DNA of 64,000 bases, from positions 224,001-288,000 of the forward strand of contig CAVXGK010000002.1 in NCBI GenBank assembly GCA_963761305.1, in the 5' to 3' direction. The translations under genes and the position numbers were made by a program. Positions 63,491 through 64,000 of the stretch are shown here, one piece after another; position 1 is the first letter of the stretch, and each line of letters starts with the position of its first letter. The notes under the pieces are model-generated. The model was not told the origin of the DNA. It saw nothing but the letters and a program-made list of their open reading frames with translations, and made no database searches. This DNA is from an uncultured Gemmatimonadaceae bacterium. Lineage in GTDB: Bacteria > Gemmatimonadota > Gemmatimonadetes > Gemmatimonadales > Gemmatimonadaceae.

Positions 63491-64000
63491 CTACTTCGGC
63501 GCTTTCCAGGTTCCGGAGTCGGGCAGCACTGGGGCAATGTTGACCAGGGTTGCCCGAGCTGCCATCGACGGGACGCCACGGATGAACGTGACGAGCCCGT
63601 CGATCGGCGCGTGGATCTCGCCGGTCGGGCGGCCGAGGAAGTCGGTCGTCCGGCCGAGGACCTGTCCTTTCGTCACCCGAACGTCACGCGCCACCAGCGG
63701 GAAGAACACGCCGGCGCTGTCGGCCAGCACGCGTGAGCCGGCGCCAGCCAGCCAGGTGACGTGTTTGACCGGCGTCACCCGCCGGTCGAGCATCTTGAGC
63801 GCGGCGAGCACGTTGAGAGAACCATCAACGAGAGACGCTAAATCCGCGGCGCCGACGATTCCGCTGCGGCCAGCTTCGGCCACGAGCACCGTCTTCCCGC
63901 GCACGAGCGCCTGCCCCGACAGCGACCGCCCGGCTGTGGGCGACGACGGATCCACGTCGGTGACGATGATGTGGTCGAGCCCGAAGGCGAGCGCGAGGCG
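63491..64000 (-). CDS. Succinylglutamate desuccinylase/aspartoacylase-family protein (3' part; 5' end outside window)
   Basis: ALAFG, EAG, G.LN.L..L.M, C-terminal lipoyl-like V.KGQ.LG...I.AP.DG. Confidence 0.78.
   Translation of the reverse strand, partial: RLALAFGLDHIIVTDVDPSSPTAGRSLSGQALVRGKTVLVAEAGRSGIVGAADLASLVDGSLNVLAALKMLDRRVTPVKHVTWLAGAGSRVLADSAGVFFPLVARDVRVTKGQVLGRTTDFLGRPTGEIHAPIDGLVTFIRGVPSMAARATLVNIAPVLPDSGTWKAPK

Overview
GC-rich bacterial window. Gene repertoire and protein style (Gly/Arg 'GGRGG' linkers in exported proteins, DUF1592/DUF1552/ankyrin operon, carboxypeptidase-domain TonB-like receptors) suggest Gemmatimonadota; this is inference. At least 8 otherwise intact genes carry single-base frameshifts, most simply explained as long-read errors. 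The main system is a complete quinohemoprotein amine dehydrogenase cluster (qhpG-A-D-C-B-F-E, 17037-25835) with two non-canonical traits: a class I methyltransferase-like gene overlapping qhpG, and a QhpC with a fifth Cys in C-x5-D spacing plus Trp42->Phe. Other content: a cobalamin riboswitch-btuB-beta-propeller lipoprotein unit; an exported amidohydrolase-DcaP porin-glutaminase operon; a cytochrome c/DUF1592-DUF1552-ankyrin-FmdB operon; amt; asnB; an HWE kinase/receiver pair; a deleted hybrid-kinase pseudogene; and an orphan 4/8-residue helical-repeat protein. Non-coding structure includes a 78-bp repeat present twice, 21-bp-phased motifs and intergenic octamer tandem repeats. No rRNA, tRNA, CRISPR array or transposase/integrase was recognised.
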